From assembly GCA_964645535.1 (NCBI GenBank), contig CAZYCQ010000065.1, positions 1-17,225 of the forward strand: DNA of 17,225 bases, given 5' to 3'. The notes under the pieces are model-generated. The model was not told the DNA's origin and made no database searches. It saw only the letters and a list, made by a program, of their open reading frames with translations. A program made the position numbers and the translations under genes. The first letter of the stretch is position 1, and each line of letters starts with the position of its first letter. This document shows positions 15,668-17,225 of the stretch, piece by piece. Source of the stretch: an uncultured archaeon (GTDB lineage Archaea > Asgardarchaeota > Heimdallarchaeia > Heimdallarchaeales > Kariarchaeaceae).

Positions 15668-16141
15668 TTAAAAGTGAAGGTTTTCAATGTTCTCTACGGG
15701 AACGAATAAATCGGCGGTTAGAGGATTTTCAGTTCTAAGCATATCACTGAGACATTTTGCAGCCAATTTACCGTCATCTCTGATGAGCTCGCATTCGATA
15801 TTGATGAGCCTTCTTCCTCTACGGATCACTTTGGATTTGGCAAGTATCTTTTCCCCCAGTTCAACAGGGCGAAAGAAACGAACGTCCAAACTTACTGAAG
15901 CAAAGAAGTTTGTTTCACCTAAAGAGAAAATTGTCAGACCCATCAAGTCGTCCATCATTGCTGATGCAATGCCTCCATGCAAGGTTCCATTTAGGTTAAG
16001 CATTTCTTCCGTTACTTGGAATTGACAGGTAACACTTCCTTCACGAACCTCAAGAAGCTTGCTGACCAACCAGTGATTGATCCTAGAATTCTTCTTGGTT
16101 ATGAATTTACCAATCCATTCCTGCAATCTTACGGATTCCAT
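15668..16141 (-). CDS. PaaI-family (hotdog-fold) acyl-CoA thioesterase
   Basis: Signature MLNLNGTLHGGIASAMMDD, then SVSLDVRFFRPV and VIRRGRRL. 157 aa. Confidence 0.92.
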   Translation of the reverse strand: MESVRLQEWIGKFITKKNSRINHWLVSKLLEVREGSVTCQFQVTEEMLNLNGTLHGGIASAMMDDLMGLTIFSLGETNFFASVSLDVRFFRPVELGEKILAKSKVIRRGRRLINIECELIRDDGKLAAKCLSDMLRTENPLTADLFVPVENIENLHF

Positions 16142-16215
16142 ACCGGATTATGCAAAATCAAGATAAAAAATCGATGGGTTTAACCCCCTCAAGGTTGTTG
16201 ATCATATGAATTTGG

Positions 16216-16704
16216 ATGGTAGATCCTTCAGATTTGGATTGGAATATACTCAATTGGTCAGAAGCGCAGCATAACATAGTTGAATTCCTGCACAAAAACG
16301 GTTTCATGTCCTTTCATGAACGACCTGTTGTTGGAGGAAGGGCGGACGGCTATGTCATCAAAAAATCTGAAGAATCTATCACAAAAATGATTGTGGAAGT
16401 GAAGCACTACAAGAAGATAACCGATACCACAGTCCGTAACGCAATAAAGCAGGGTCTAAACTATTTGGAAACCATTATTCAAGAGGACAAGAAGTTCAGG
16501 GATCGATCTTCCAAAGACTTCAGATATGTGTTGCTTGTGGTTTTTTCAAAGGATTACCCGGTGAAGTTGATGAATGTAGAGATGTTGGGTAATTCTACAA
16601 GCTATCCAATAGAAATTATTTATTGTTCTGTAAAGAATCTTAGGGAAACTCTTCAGAAACATAGGTTAATCGATATCCAAATGGGACTGGAAGATTTCTT
16701 TTAG
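16216..16704 (+). CDS. Small PD-(D/E)XK nuclease (RecB/NucS-like QxxxY) with a C-terminal PCNA-interacting PIP box
   Basis: HE35RP..GRAD44G, IVE61VK63, Q79GLNY83. Ends in QMGLEDFF-stop (QxxLxxFF). Its stop overlaps the convergent thioesterase stop (TTAG, 16701-16704). Confidence 0.8.
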   Translation: MVDPSDLDWNILNWSEAQHNIVEFLHKNGFMSFHERPVVGGRADGYVIKKSEESITKMIVEVKHYKKITDTTVRNAIKQGLNYLETIIQEDKKFRDRSSKDFRYVLLVVFSKDYPVKLMNVEMLGNSTSYPIEIIYCSVKNLRETLQKHRLIDIQMGLEDFF

Positions 16705-17192
16705 TGATTGAAAATTTTTCTTTTTATGTCGAACTGGGTTTTTATCAGATTGGTATGAGCCTTGGCCAAGATTCTCCCATCCTCTTTTTCCAAGATCAGT
16801 TCAATATTCGAAACTCTGTTTCCCTTTTTCATCAATTTCGATCTTGCAATTACTGTATCCCCCAGTTTGGCGCTTTCAAAATAATCGATTGAGAAATTGA
16901 TGGTTGAATGGAAGGCGTCTTCACCAGTTGTGAACATTGTCATTCCCACCAAATCATCCAACATGGTTGCAATGACCCCGCCATGAAGTGTGCCTGCTGG
17001 ATTGAGCATATCTTTACGGACATGGTATGTAACTGCGACAGAACCTTCGTTGGCTTCTGTAAGAATTCCATCCAACCATTGGGTCAGTCCGGATGGAATT
17101 TGGGAAAGTTTCTGTCCAGTTAATTCTTTCATGAGAAGCAGATTTGTATTTTCCATGATTTGTTTTTGAAAATGAGTAGTCTTTAAAGACAT
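16701..17192 (-). CDS. PaaI-family (hotdog-fold) acyl-CoA thioesterase, paralogue of 15668..16141
   Basis: Signature MLNPAGTLHGGVIATMLDD, then STINFSIDYFESA and LMKKGNRV. The start may be the later Met (MENTNL). Confidence 0.92.
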   Translation of the reverse strand: MSLKTTHFQKQIMENTNLLLMKELTGQKLSQIPSGLTQWLDGILTEANEGSVAVTYHVRKDMLNPAGTLHGGVIATMLDDLVGMTMFTTGEDAFHSTINFSIDYFESAKLGDTVIARSKLMKKGNRVSNIELILEKEDGRILAKAHTNLIKTQFDIKRKIFNH

Positions 17193-17225
17193 AGATAATG
17201 GAAGGCAATCAGATCATTATTTAAT

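Noticed and set aside
16216-16704. Restriction-modification system or mobile element insertion
   Set aside because: No methyltransferase, transposase, terminal inverted repeats or target-site duplication is visible, and the PIP box points to a host DNA-metabolism role.
1-17225. tRNA, rRNA, CRISPR arrays and structured ncRNAs
   Set aside because: Intergenic gaps are at most 113 bp and AT-rich, with no cloverleaf, repeat-spacer pattern or GC-rich stems seen.

Overview
A gene-dense, AT-rich archaeal chromosomal segment. Archaeal cues are TATA-like promoters, an archaetidylinositol-phosphate-synthase-type enzyme, a TrmB-type HTH, a CARDB surface protein and a C-terminal PCNA-binding PIP box. The gene style suggests Asgard archaea (Heimdallarchaeia-like), but that is inference. 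Eleven of twelve genes are on the minus strand. The core is a co-oriented five-gene block (14949->3389): (1) a sequon-rich single-pass CARDB surface protein; (2) a polytopic CPBP/CAAX-like pseudo-protease with C-terminal HEAT repeats; (3) an effector-less STAND NTPase with a SNAP/TPR-like tail; (4) a proline-free 437-aa hendecad-helix protein; (5) a 1477-aa protein in which a TrmB-like wHTH and a catalytically dead PLD-fold domain are separated by ~1250 aa of hendecad helix, with a KGMFGKK turn almost exactly at the midpoint. Downstream lie an AIPS/PgsA-like CDP-alcohol phosphotransferase, a two-TM protein and a GT-C (GT87/PIG-M-like) glycosyltransferase that runs off the window and is missing from the ORF track. 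At the right end, two PaaI thioesterase paralogues flank an oppositely oriented small PD-(D/E)XK nuclease that ends in a canonical PIP box. I saw no RNA genes, CRISPR arrays or mobile elements.
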